Part shown: piece after piece, positions 8,676-16,814 of the stretch
Position numbering within the stretch: position 1 is the first letter of the stretch
How the letters are laid out: each line of letters opens with the position of its first letter
Source of the DNA: Candidatus Nanosynbacter sp. BB002
Lineage (GTDB): Bacteria; Patescibacteriota; Saccharimonadia; Saccharimonadales; Saccharimonadaceae
Reading direction: 5' to 3'
Length of the DNA: 32,000 nt
Assembly: GCF_037013405.1 (NCBI RefSeq)
Contig: NZ_CP146064.1
Coordinates: forward strand, 450,001-482,000
The notes under the pieces: generated by a model
Seen by the model: only the letters and a program-made list of their open reading frames with translations
Databases searched by the model: none
What the model was told of the DNA's origin: nothing
Program-made: the position numbers and the translations under genes

Positions 8676-9848
8676 CTAATTCTTGGTTGGGCGCGGAATA
8701 TCTTCTGGCAAAAATCCTTTTTCATGCTGGAAACCAGCCTGCCATTTGTAATCTTTAGCGTAACCTAGATCTTTCATTAGCTTGGTAGCAGCATTTCGAA
8801 GATGGAGCGGCACGGGCGAGTTCGGATACTTGTGTGCCAGAGAAAAGGCGTCATTCATCAAATCAGTAATCTCGCGCGACTTCTGACTGCGAGCCAGGGC
8901 GATGGCACAGTGAAATAGATTATATTTGGCTTCAGGTAGCCCAACGCGCTCCACCGCCTCAAAAGTGGCGACCGCCAAGCTCAGCGCGCCGTTACCCGCC
9001 AATCCAATATCCTCCGACGCAAAAACCACCATCCGCCGAGCAATAAACTTCGGATCTTCACCAGCATCAATCATGCGCGCCAAATAATACGCCGCAGCTG
9101 TCGCATCACTGCCCCGCAGTGATTTGATGAACGCTGAGATGACGTCATAATGCGCGTCACCCTTTTTGTCATAGCCCGGTAGTCGCCGCTGGGCCGCTGC
9201 CTTGACCACCTCGGGCGTGACTTTCTCACCAAAACTCAATGCCAATTCCAAATTACCCAAAGCCACCCGCGCGTCGCCATCTGCCAATTCTGCCAGATAA
9301 TCCAAAGCTTTGGGCGACACCCGCTTGGTTTGTTTCAAAGTCTTCAGCGCTCGCTTCAACACCAATATAATTTCATCTTTGGTCAGTTGCTGGAGCACCA
9401 ACACCCGTGTCCGGCTGAGTAGCGGCGTGATTACCTCAAAGCTTGGATTCTCGGTGGTCGCGCCAATCAAGGTAATCAGCCCACTCTCGACGTGCGGCAA
9501 AAACGCATCCTGCTGCGCCTTATTAAAGCGATGGATTTCATCAACAAATAAAATTGTCCTCAGTCCCAAATTCCAATTTTGCCGGGCATGTTCAATCACC
9601 CGTTCGACATCTTTCTTGCCACTAGTCACCGCTGACAGCTCAATAAATTCGGCATTAACTTCGCGGGCGATAATCCGTGCCAAGGTCGTCTTGCCCGTCC
9701 CCGGTGGCCCCCACAAAATCAAACTGACCGGCTCAGCGCGCCTCACGATTTGGCGGAGCAGCTCACCCTCGCCCAGCAAATGGCTTTGTCCGATCACCTC
9801 ATCCAATTTCTGCGGCCGCATCTGTTCGGCCAGGGGTCGTCGATTCAT
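8676..9848 (-). CDS. rarA: Replication-associated recombination protein A (RarA/MgsA AAA+ ATPase)
   Basis: Walker A GPPGTGKTTLA, Walker B LFVDEIHRF, TTENPSFE, and a C-terminal MgsA-type helical domain. The ATG at 9848 (MNRRPLAEQMRP) is preferred over 9872. A TATAAT box lies 6 nt upstream (complement of 9855-9860). Confidence 0.93.
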   Translation of the reverse strand: MNRRPLAEQMRPQKLDEVIGQSHLLGEGELLRQIVRRAEPVSLILWGPPGTGKTTLARIIAREVNAEFIELSAVTSGKKDVERVIEHARQNWNLGLRTILFVDEIHRFNKAQQDAFLPHVESGLITLIGATTENPSFEVITPLLSRTRVLVLQQLTKDEIILVLKRALKTLKQTKRVSPKALDYLAELADGDARVALGNLELALSFGEKVTPEVVKAAAQRRLPGYDKKGDAHYDVISAFIKSLRGSDATAAAYYLARMIDAGEDPKFIARRMVVFASEDIGLAGNGALSLAVATFEAVERVGLPEAKYNLFHCAIALARSQKSREITDLMNDAFSLAHKYPNSPVPLHLRNAATKLMKDLGYAKDYKWQAGFQHEKGFLPEDIPRPTKN

Positions 9849-9927
9849 ATATTTATTATACCGCATTCGCATCCTCCCGCTCTATATAGTAAAATGGTTA
9901 ATGGTATCAGTTAAACGAGGAGGGTAA

Positions 9928-11472
9928 GTGAAACATATCACGATCAAACATCGTCTGAGTGCTTTTACAGCAAGTTTAGTATTTGCACTCGTTGCGGTCG
10001 CGGCAATCGCGTGGCCAATTGCAACGTCATCAAACGCCAAAGCCGCCAGCCCAGCGCTCAACGCAACTGCGTATGAAGTGTCCAGGCCTGGCAAGCCACA
10101 CAGCTTTGTCACAACATCCCAAACAGAAATCCAACAAGCAGCCAAAAATGGCTTCACAACAGTGCGCCCTATTTTTATGGTGTCAACAACTGCAGGCAGC
10201 GGTTTGGTGCCAGTGTATCGCGCTGACGCAACACTACAAGACGGCAACTACACAAGTCTTTTGACGGTCAATAAAAATGAGGCTGACAATGCTTGTAAAA
10301 AGTACGGATTCACCTGCAAAGGAATCGCCTTTTACGCTCAAGCTGAGCTGAAAGATGGCGCAGAGATGGTTTACCGCATGCGGTACAAGCATTTCAATTT
10401 CCGCCAAGTCACTGCCAAAGATCGACAAGAGCTTCAGAAAGCTGGCTATATCCAGGAGAGCCGAGAGTGGTTCTACGTCAAACCAGTCCAGAACAACAAC
10501 GGCAACGGTAACGGTAACGTTGACCCAGTCAAAGATGGTAAATTCTCCATCGCGGTCTATCCTGACACACAGCAGGAAGTTTTCCAATGGTCAGGCAATC
10601 AATTCGCTGCCCGCACCAACTGGACCGTGAAAAATAAGGAAAAATACGACATCCGCTTCTTGGCTCACACTGGTGACATGGTCACTTCTGGTGGACATGA
10701 AGGCATTGATAAACCAGATCAATACATCGTCGCGTCCAACGCATTCAAGACTATTGATCAGGCAAACATTCCTTACTTGACGACCATTGGTAACCACGAC
10801 ACAAAGGCTGTTTGTGGCGGCGGTGGCGCTTGTGACTGGCGACACACCAACGAATGGGCACGAGACACGACGGTATTCAATCGATACTTCTCTGCTACAC
10901 GTCAGAAATTGTCAGCCAACCAAATGTTTGAAAATGGCAAAGTTGACAACGCCTACAAAACTTTCACCGCTGAAGGTAAACAGTGGCTTGTCTTGACACT
11001 TGAGCTTTGGCCGCGCGCTGAGGCGGTCAATTGGGCGAAGAACGTCGTAGCCTCACATCCAAAGCACAACGTTATCGTCCTGAGTCACTCACTGCTGAAC
11101 GCCGATGGCTCAATCGGTACTGGCGCTGGATACGGTACCGGCAAACAAACCCCGCGCTATGTCTACGACAATTTGATCTTGGCATATCCAAACATCCGTA
11201 TGGCCTTCTCAGGACACGTGGGACAGGCAGCCAGCCGCGTTGACACAGGTAAGCACGGCAACAAGGTTGCATCATTCTTGGGTGCATTCCACTCAAATGA
11301 CTACAACCCAACCAGGATTTTGACGGTCGACACCATCAACAACACAGTGACGTCCGACATTCAGGCGGCTTCGATCCGCGATGCTTACAAAGCAAAATAT
11401 CCAAACGCAACATTGCCAAACTACGACCAATACGACGTATCGTACTCAGGCATGAACTTTGTTAATCCATAA
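9928..11472 (+). CDS. Secreted calcineurin-like metallophosphoesterase with N-terminal repeat domain
   Basis: GTG start with SD gaggaggg (9917-9924). Signal peptide (..IATSSNAKA). Three approximately 45-aa repeats (..VYR....A...GF/GY...FY) and an NNNGNGNGN linker. Phosphoesterase motifs HTGDMV, GNHD, LSHS and GHVG. Confidence 0.8.
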   Translation: MKHITIKHRLSAFTASLVFALVAVAAIAWPIATSSNAKAASPALNATAYEVSRPGKPHSFVTTSQTEIQQAAKNGFTTVRPIFMVSTTAGSGLVPVYRADATLQDGNYTSLLTVNKNEADNACKKYGFTCKGIAFYAQAELKDGAEMVYRMRYKHFNFRQVTAKDRQELQKAGYIQESREWFYVKPVQNNNGNGNGNVDPVKDGKFSIAVYPDTQQEVFQWSGNQFAARTNWTVKNKEKYDIRFLAHTGDMVTSGGHEGIDKPDQYIVASNAFKTIDQANIPYLTTIGNHDTKAVCGGGGACDWRHTNEWARDTTVFNRYFSATRQKLSANQMFENGKVDNAYKTFTAEGKQWLVLTLELWPRAEAVNWAKNVVASHPKHNVIVLSHSLLNADGSIGTGAGYGTGKQTPRYVYDNLILAYPNIRMAFSGHVGQAASRVDTGKHGNKVASFLGAFHSNDYNPTRILTVDTINNTVTSDIQAASIRDAYKAKYPNATLPNYDQYDVSYSGMNFVNP

Positions 11473-11492
11473 CAAACACGGCAAACAAATTA

Positions 11493-11518
11493 GTAGCCCC
11501 GTCATCAGGCGGGGCTAC
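11493..11518. terminator. Bidirectional hairpin terminator
   Basis: gtagccccg (11493-11501) / cggggctac (11510-11518), 8-nt loop, followed by ttta. Overlaps the stop codon of the minus-strand GH13 gene. Confidence 0.65.
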
Positions 11519-13089
11519 TTTATGTCAAGCAATACACCACCATAGCCAGGCAATTGCAATACGTCGCCGTCTACACGGATATCTGGGTTGGTACCAATGA
11601 TGACACGGCCAGACTCCGGCAACCACACCGTTTGTGCTGAGTCCGCGAAGTTGATATATATCTGCAGCTGTTGACCGTCAAGTTGGCGACGAAATCCTAA
11701 GACAAATCCGTTGCCAGTGTCCAGCTTTTCCATGCTGCCGTAGCGTAAAATTGGCAGTTCATGTCGCAGCTCCAATAATTTTCGACATAGCCACAACAGC
11801 GAGCTTGGATCTTTCGTCTCTTTAGCGACATTGACTTGCTTGCGGTTAGAATGCACCGGCAACCACGGCAGCACATTGGCAAACCCGGCATAGCGAGAAC
11901 TGTTCCATTGCATGGGCGTACGCGCGCGGTTGCGGTCATCCTGCAGCGAATGGTGAAAGCCATCTTGCGCATCATACTGCGTCAAATCAACGTCTTCCAT
12001 GCCAATTTCATCACCATAGTACATCACACTGACGCCCGGACACAGCAGATTAAGGAACTGCAGCGCACGGGACCGCGGCAAACCCAGGCGGGACGTCACA
12101 CGCGGCTGGTCGTGATTGCCAAGGCAAAAGAATGGTATATTCTCCCCTGCCGCTTCCAAATAGTTCATGATATTCCAGCCAGTATGCTCACCGTGCCAGT
12201 CATTTTGCCGATGTTCCATAAAAAAGGCCGTGGCTTTCGGATGAACGTGGATGACGTCATGATATTGTTGCCAAATGTCGCCAAGACGCTCATCTGGATA
12301 GAACTCAAATACCATCTGCTTGTCGTCATATTCATCACAAACACTCGCCAACTCATGCAGATATTCTTGAAAATGCGGCCCGTGTTTGCAATGGTTATGA
12401 ATGTAGGCGCCGTAGCTGTCAGCATCGCCATGAAAATGAGGATTTGGCGAATCATCACGCAGCTCTGGATCTTTGGAAATCCCCCAGATGGCGTCCACGC
12501 GCATGCCGTCAACGCCCATGTCAAACCAAAATCGCACCACGTCTTTGATGGCCAGGCGCACCTCAGGATTGTCCCAGTTGAGATCTGGCTGGGTTGGTAA
12601 AAATGAGTGCAAATAGTACTGACCAGAATCAGCATCAAACGTCCATGACTTGCCACCGGCCAAACTGACCCAATTGTTCGGTGCATGCCCGTCGTTACCG
12701 TCTCGCCACACATACCAATCTCGCTTAGGATTGTCCCGTCCAGAACGCGACTCAACGAACCACGCATGCTGGTCAGACGTGTGACACGGCACTAGGTCAA
12801 TCATCACCTTGATGTCGCGCGCGTGAGCCTCGTCCAACAACATACGAAAATCATCCAGACCACCAAACACCGGATCAACATTTTGATAATCCGCCACGTC
12901 ATAGCCAAAATCAGTCATGGGCGACGTGAAAAACGGCGAAATCCAAATGGCGTCAACGCCGAGATCACTGAGATAGTCCATCTTGAGCGTAATGCCATTC
13001 AAATCCCCGACCCCGTCACCGTTCAAGTCTCGGAAACTTCGCGGATAAATCTGATACAACGATCCAACATCACGCCACGCTTTAGTCAT
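11515..13089 (-). CDS. GH13 alpha-glucosidase / oligo-1,6-glucosidase-type enzyme
   Basis: 524 aa. YQIYPRSFRDLNGDGVGDLNG, GVDAIWISP, DLVPCHTS, GVDGMRVDA (nucleophile region), EFY and NHDQPR, which are the classic GH13 conserved regions. TATACT lies 6 nt upstream of the ATG (complement of 13096-13101). Confidence 0.92.
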   Translation of the reverse strand: MTKAWRDVGSLYQIYPRSFRDLNGDGVGDLNGITLKMDYLSDLGVDAIWISPFFTSPMTDFGYDVADYQNVDPVFGGLDDFRMLLDEAHARDIKVMIDLVPCHTSDQHAWFVESRSGRDNPKRDWYVWRDGNDGHAPNNWVSLAGGKSWTFDADSGQYYLHSFLPTQPDLNWDNPEVRLAIKDVVRFWFDMGVDGMRVDAIWGISKDPELRDDSPNPHFHGDADSYGAYIHNHCKHGPHFQEYLHELASVCDEYDDKQMVFEFYPDERLGDIWQQYHDVIHVHPKATAFFMEHRQNDWHGEHTGWNIMNYLEAAGENIPFFCLGNHDQPRVTSRLGLPRSRALQFLNLLCPGVSVMYYGDEIGMEDVDLTQYDAQDGFHHSLQDDRNRARTPMQWNSSRYAGFANVLPWLPVHSNRKQVNVAKETKDPSSLLWLCRKLLELRHELPILRYGSMEKLDTGNGFVLGFRRQLDGQQLQIYINFADSAQTVWLPESGRVIIGTNPDIRVDGDVLQLPGYGGVLLDIK

Positions 13090-13262
13090 GTTTTAAGTAT
13101 AAGCGAGATGAACAAAAAATACTAGCAGCTTACTATCCATTTTATCCAGTGCATAAGCGAAGCGTCATATAGCTAGGACTGTATTTGCCGTTCTACCACA
13201 CCCCCTACTGCAAGACGAAGTATACAATGGCTTATTCTATACGACATTGTATAATAAAACAT

Positions 13263-15533
13263 ATGTCATTTTTCTCTACAGATATTCAAAAATGGGGCTT
13301 GAGTCTATATACGACAAGATTACGTACTCGGAACTTCATTAAATACAGATTTATTGAAAGGTTTTCAGCTACTTGGATTGCTGTACTCATATTCATATCT
13401 CTAGCTTGGTTAATAATTTGTTTTGATTACTCCAGTGTTATTTTAAAGCCTGAGGAACTAAGCTCATTCTTTTTTAGCGTTGGTACAATTACCGGGTCTA
13501 TGCTTGCAATCGTTTTTGCATTTACGTCTCAGTTGATATCTAGATCAAATGAAGCTCTTTCTGCAAGATTCTATAAATCGTTTGCACGAGACACAAGAAT
13601 CGATCTAAGTTATATTCTATTGGGGTTTATAACGGTCGTCGAATTTATTCTTGGTATTATTACCACTAACAGCAATAATAGTGGTGCTAGGATTTTTTTA
13701 CCTAGAGTCGGCCTTTTATTGCTTTTACTGTCTATCATAATTTTGTACTGTTCCTATATTAGGCTTATTCGACTTATGAATAATGATCAGTTAGTACTTA
13801 TGCTGGCAAAAAATATAAAAAAAGAAATTGATGAGATGAACTATCTTGCAAAAAGAATCTCTCATATTTTGAATATTAAACTTAATAAAACATCTGATAA
13901 AGATAAACGTGCTACACAAGCTAATATATACACTACTCAGCTTCATCCTAAAGTTAATAATTTACAAAATCACCTTGATGGATTAATTGAACTATATTCT
14001 GTCAGCAAAGAGAAAAAAGATACGTATACTGCATATAACTGGCTACGCCTAGCATTTAACTTAATAATAGTATATACACTGTCTCGGAAATACAATACAT
14101 CAATTAAATGCAATCTCAAAGCTGGTCTAATCTCAGAAAGCGATGTTGCGGCTTTTATCCAAGCAAGTCTAGAGAAAATGTACTTTATATGGGAAAAGGC
14201 GTTAGCTGAAAATGATGTTGTAACAATAAGAAAATATATCAGGCATGTTCAAGATGTGGTGATAGCAAGCCTAGACGTCCAGCATATTGAGCGACCAGAA
14301 GAAAACCCCGCTTATCATACAGCAATTTATAATTTTACGGAAGTCATAGAAAATAGTATTAAACAGAAAAATGTTGATGCGCTATTTGAAGCTTCTGATG
14401 CGCTGAACCAAATAGCTAAAAAGGCTCTGCAGTTCAAACATCGTATTGATCCAGTAGAGAGTATTCTAAAATATCTGCATAAGATAATAGCCCAAGCTTC
14501 CGGACCTGATGATATGTATCCAGTCTTAAAGAATGGGATTGATAGCTTAACTAGCGTATGCAATCAAATATTCATCCAAGATGAACTAACTGACCGTAGG
14601 CTACGTATCATGCAAGATTATGTTCCAGACTGTATTATTCTGGGTGTAATGAACGACCGCGGCTTAATTGACACTACCCTGACTATGTTTGCCGATAACA
14701 TATTTGCATATGCTTCGCACGGAATTGGGGATAATATAGATAATATATCTGAAAACCAGATTAAAAAAATTATCAATATCTCGAAGCTTACCATTTCTAT
14801 ACTAAAAAGATTAGCAATTTTATCTATAGGTATACGTAGCGGAGTTCAAAGTATGAATGGAAACATACTCGTTATGCCTGATTTTTTATTTAAGATCTTA
14901 ACTAACGATAAGGTCGATGAAAGATACAAACAGGAAATCAAAGATTTACTATCAAAGCTAGCAGCATTACCTTCTAGCTTGCCTAAGCTGGAGACTGTAA
15001 AAGATTTTGATGATATAGAAGAATTTCTCGATAAACTCCTTCAAAGCTCGTTGATTGGGGTAGAAAATAATCAATTAGATTATTCGGGCAAAGTTTTAAG
15101 CTCTATTTTTAAATACCTTGAAGATGCGGTAAATAGCAAGGACAGTAAAGTCAACATAATGGGCCTATTAAGAGTTGTAAATAAAACTAAGACAATCGGC
15201 GCAGCCGCACAATCCCTCGGATATGAAGGCATAAGTAAAGCAGTTATTAAATTTATTAGAGGCTTTGAAGAACTATATCATAATAAATACTTTCCAGATG
15301 GATTTGATGAAAACAAACAATATACTCTTTCACCCTTATTTCTTCGTTCTGATCAAGATACAGCATATGACAGTGGCGTTGGGCTACCTTCGTACGTTGA
15401 TGACACACATGCACCGTTCTACAGACACCACGGTCAGAGTGCTTTAGATAAGTTTGAAAAAAGCATCTGGAGAGATGTCAAGAAGAAGAAAAAACAACAA
15501 AGCAATCAAGGAAATTCATCTCAAAATAGCTAA
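13263..15533 (+). CDS. Large hypothetical membrane protein: about 4 N-terminal TM helices, a long alpha-helical soluble domain and a Lys-rich tail
   Basis: The ORF is open from 13185 (TTG). In-frame ATGs lie at 13227 and 13263. The ATG at 13263 is preceded by TATAAT (13250-13255) plus 7 nt. TM segments include ATWIAVLIFISLAWLIICF, FFFSVGTITGSMLAIVFAF, LSYILLGFITVVEFILGIITT and VGLLLLLLSIIILYCSYI. The C-terminus is KKKKKQQSNQGNSSQNS. No catalytic motif was recognised. Confidence 0.7.
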   Translation: MSFFSTDIQKWGLSLYTTRLRTRNFIKYRFIERFSATWIAVLIFISLAWLIICFDYSSVILKPEELSSFFFSVGTITGSMLAIVFAFTSQLISRSNEALSARFYKSFARDTRIDLSYILLGFITVVEFILGIITTNSNNSGARIFLPRVGLLLLLLSIIILYCSYIRLIRLMNNDQLVLMLAKNIKKEIDEMNYLAKRISHILNIKLNKTSDKDKRATQANIYTTQLHPKVNNLQNHLDGLIELYSVSKEKKDTYTAYNWLRLAFNLIIVYTLSRKYNTSIKCNLKAGLISESDVAAFIQASLEKMYFIWEKALAENDVVTIRKYIRHVQDVVIASLDVQHIERPEENPAYHTAIYNFTEVIENSIKQKNVDALFEASDALNQIAKKALQFKHRIDPVESILKYLHKIIAQASGPDDMYPVLKNGIDSLTSVCNQIFIQDELTDRRLRIMQDYVPDCIILGVMNDRGLIDTTLTMFADNIFAYASHGIGDNIDNISENQIKKIINISKLTISILKRLAILSIGIRSGVQSMNGNILVMPDFLFKILTNDKVDERYKQEIKDLLSKLAALPSSLPKLETVKDFDDIEEFLDKLLQSSLIGVENNQLDYSGKVLSSIFKYLEDAVNSKDSKVNIMGLLRVVNKTKTIGAAAQSLGYEGISKAVIKFIRGFEELYHNKYFPDGFDENKQYTLSPLFLRSDQDTAYDSGVGLPSYVDDTHAPFYRHHGQSALDKFEKSIWRDVKKKKKQQSNQGNSSQNS

Positions 15534-15618
15534 ACCTATACACTGTCCGATAAAGCCTCTGTTGCTAATGAGCAAATTGATTAATATATCATGATGGTCA
15601 AGGATGCTCTATAAACTA

Positions 15619-15642
15619 AATGAACCCCGGAGAGGGTTCATT
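15619..15642 (+). terminator. Stem-loop downstream of the 782-aa ORF (possible terminator)
   Basis: aatgaaccc (15619-15627), loop cggaga, gggttcatt (15634-15642). Perfect 9-bp stem, but no clean T-run. Confidence 0.35.
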
Positions 15643-16003
15643 GAATCGAATGATTTCGTTTGTGGTGCGGGGTGATGTGCAATGTTTACACGAAATAGAG
15701 GCTGAGATCTGTAGGTGGGAGGATATTCTTCGCATTGGTTATGCAAGATATCTGAGAGGGGCATCGAGTCATACTTCTCAAGAGACTTACGCGTAGTTAT
15801 TATATGAGTTTTTCAAAGTATCTAGTTGACCGTATCAGTCGCAGCTTGCAAATATATCTTATATTCCCAGTTTGTTCTTGCTAAATCCTAAGATATTTAG
15901 ATTTAACTCGAGACATGATTGCGAAGTTGACTAATAGACTCTAAAGCGCCAAATAGGCATAGTAAGTCTGCTGCTGTAATGACTCTTATTGTAATACACG
16001 AGA

Positions 16004-16032
16004 TTGAAGCAATATTGCAGCTAGGGTATAAT
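16004..16032 (+). promoter_or_regulatory. Near-consensus sigma70 promoter of the two-gene operon
   Basis: TTGAAG (16004-16009), exactly 17-nt spacer, TATAAT (16027-16032). SD aggag (16051-16055) lies 3 nt before the ATG at 16059. Confidence 0.7.
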
Positions 16033-16058
16033 TAAGGTAAGTAAGTACTGAGGAGAAT

Positions 16059-16814
16059 ATGACTAAAAGTAAATTAACAAAGATTGTATATTTTGATGAG
16101 CAAACCGCTCTTGATTTTGTTGAAATACAAGACAAGGGTCGCTACATACGGGAAATTGAGAATGAAAATAAAGGCGAGGCGGGTACAACCACGGAGGCAT
16201 CGGTAAAAACGCCAAAACTACTTTCGATGTTTCGGCTTAACGCTGATATTCACGCTTCCATAGAAGCGCAAAAAATCGTCCGAAGTACTATCTCAAACAC
16301 AATACTTACTGACTTCATCGAAAAAGCCGAACAAGATAAAGGTGTCGAGCGTCTCTCAGGCTATGACATTCAACTAACAGAAGAAACTCGTCTAACAATC
16401 TATACGGCGATTACGGATGCTGCGAGTGGTAATCTTCCTATGGACCAACAAGGGATGGGAATGGAGGTGTCAAAGTTCGGCGCTGTACTAAAGAATTTGC
16501 AAGGATACCTCGAATGTAATGCCGTAAAGGACGGTAAGGCTAGTGCAATTCTTCGCTTCAATAGTACATCATTCCGAAATAACTACCGCCTTGCAGACAT
16601 CATTAATATGGACCTCCAGTACTACGGTGTAAAAGTGGGCACAACAGACACTTCAACACTCAGCTCCTTAGGCTTAGACCTTACAAATAATCCAACCGAC
16701 ACACAAGACGAGCTTAACCGACTCCTTAAAAGTACGGATGCCGATCCAAGTGGTGAAAAATTAGATGTCTACGATATTATCTTAGCTGGTGTATTCAACG
16801 ATGCAGCGAACTAA
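16059..16814 (+). CDS. Hypothetical 251-aa soluble protein, gene A of the candidate system
   Basis: Strong SD. No TM segment, signal peptide or catalytic motif recognisable by eye. The N-terminus is KIVYFDEQTALDFVEIQDKG, followed by an acidic/Thr-rich linker. The stop codon overlaps the start region of the downstream ATPase gene. Confidence 0.75.
   Translation: MTKSKLTKIVYFDEQTALDFVEIQDKGRYIREIENENKGEAGTTTEASVKTPKLLSMFRLNADIHASIEAQKIVRSTISNTILTDFIEKAEQDKGVERLSGYDIQLTEETRLTIYTAITDAASGNLPMDQQGMGMEVSKFGAVLKNLQGYLECNAVKDGKASAILRFNSTSFRNNYRLADIINMDLQYYGVKVGTTDTSTLSSLGLDLTNNPTDTQDELNRLLKSTDADPSGEKLDVYDIILAGVFNDAAN

Noticed and set aside
9310-10247. A 205-aa plus-strand ORF antisense to rarA, and 121-aa (minus) and 93-aa (plus) ORFs overlapping the phosphoesterase start.
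   Set aside because: They overlap well-supported genes, lack SD or promoter context, and have translations dominated by Ser/Cys/Arg.
10492-10518. Short tandem repeat aacaacaac-ggcaac-ggtaac-ggtaac, a possible contingency locus.
   Set aside because: It is in frame and encodes an NNNGNGNGN inter-domain linker. It has only three imperfect hexamer units, so it looks like an ordinary low-complexity linker.
11697-12823. A 254-aa plus-strand ORF and 92-200-aa alternative-frame ORFs within the GH13 gene.
   Set aside because: The GH13 frame carries all the conserved catalytic regions. The others are frame shadows.
15663-15671. A 9-nt match (tggtgcggg) to the 3' end of tRNA-Gly(GCC) at 19285-19293, a possible att-type direct repeat delimiting a 3.6-kb module.
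   Set aside because: Similarity stops after 9 nt. A 9-mer match within about 6 kb on either strand is expected by chance at a few percent, so it is not enough without comparative data.
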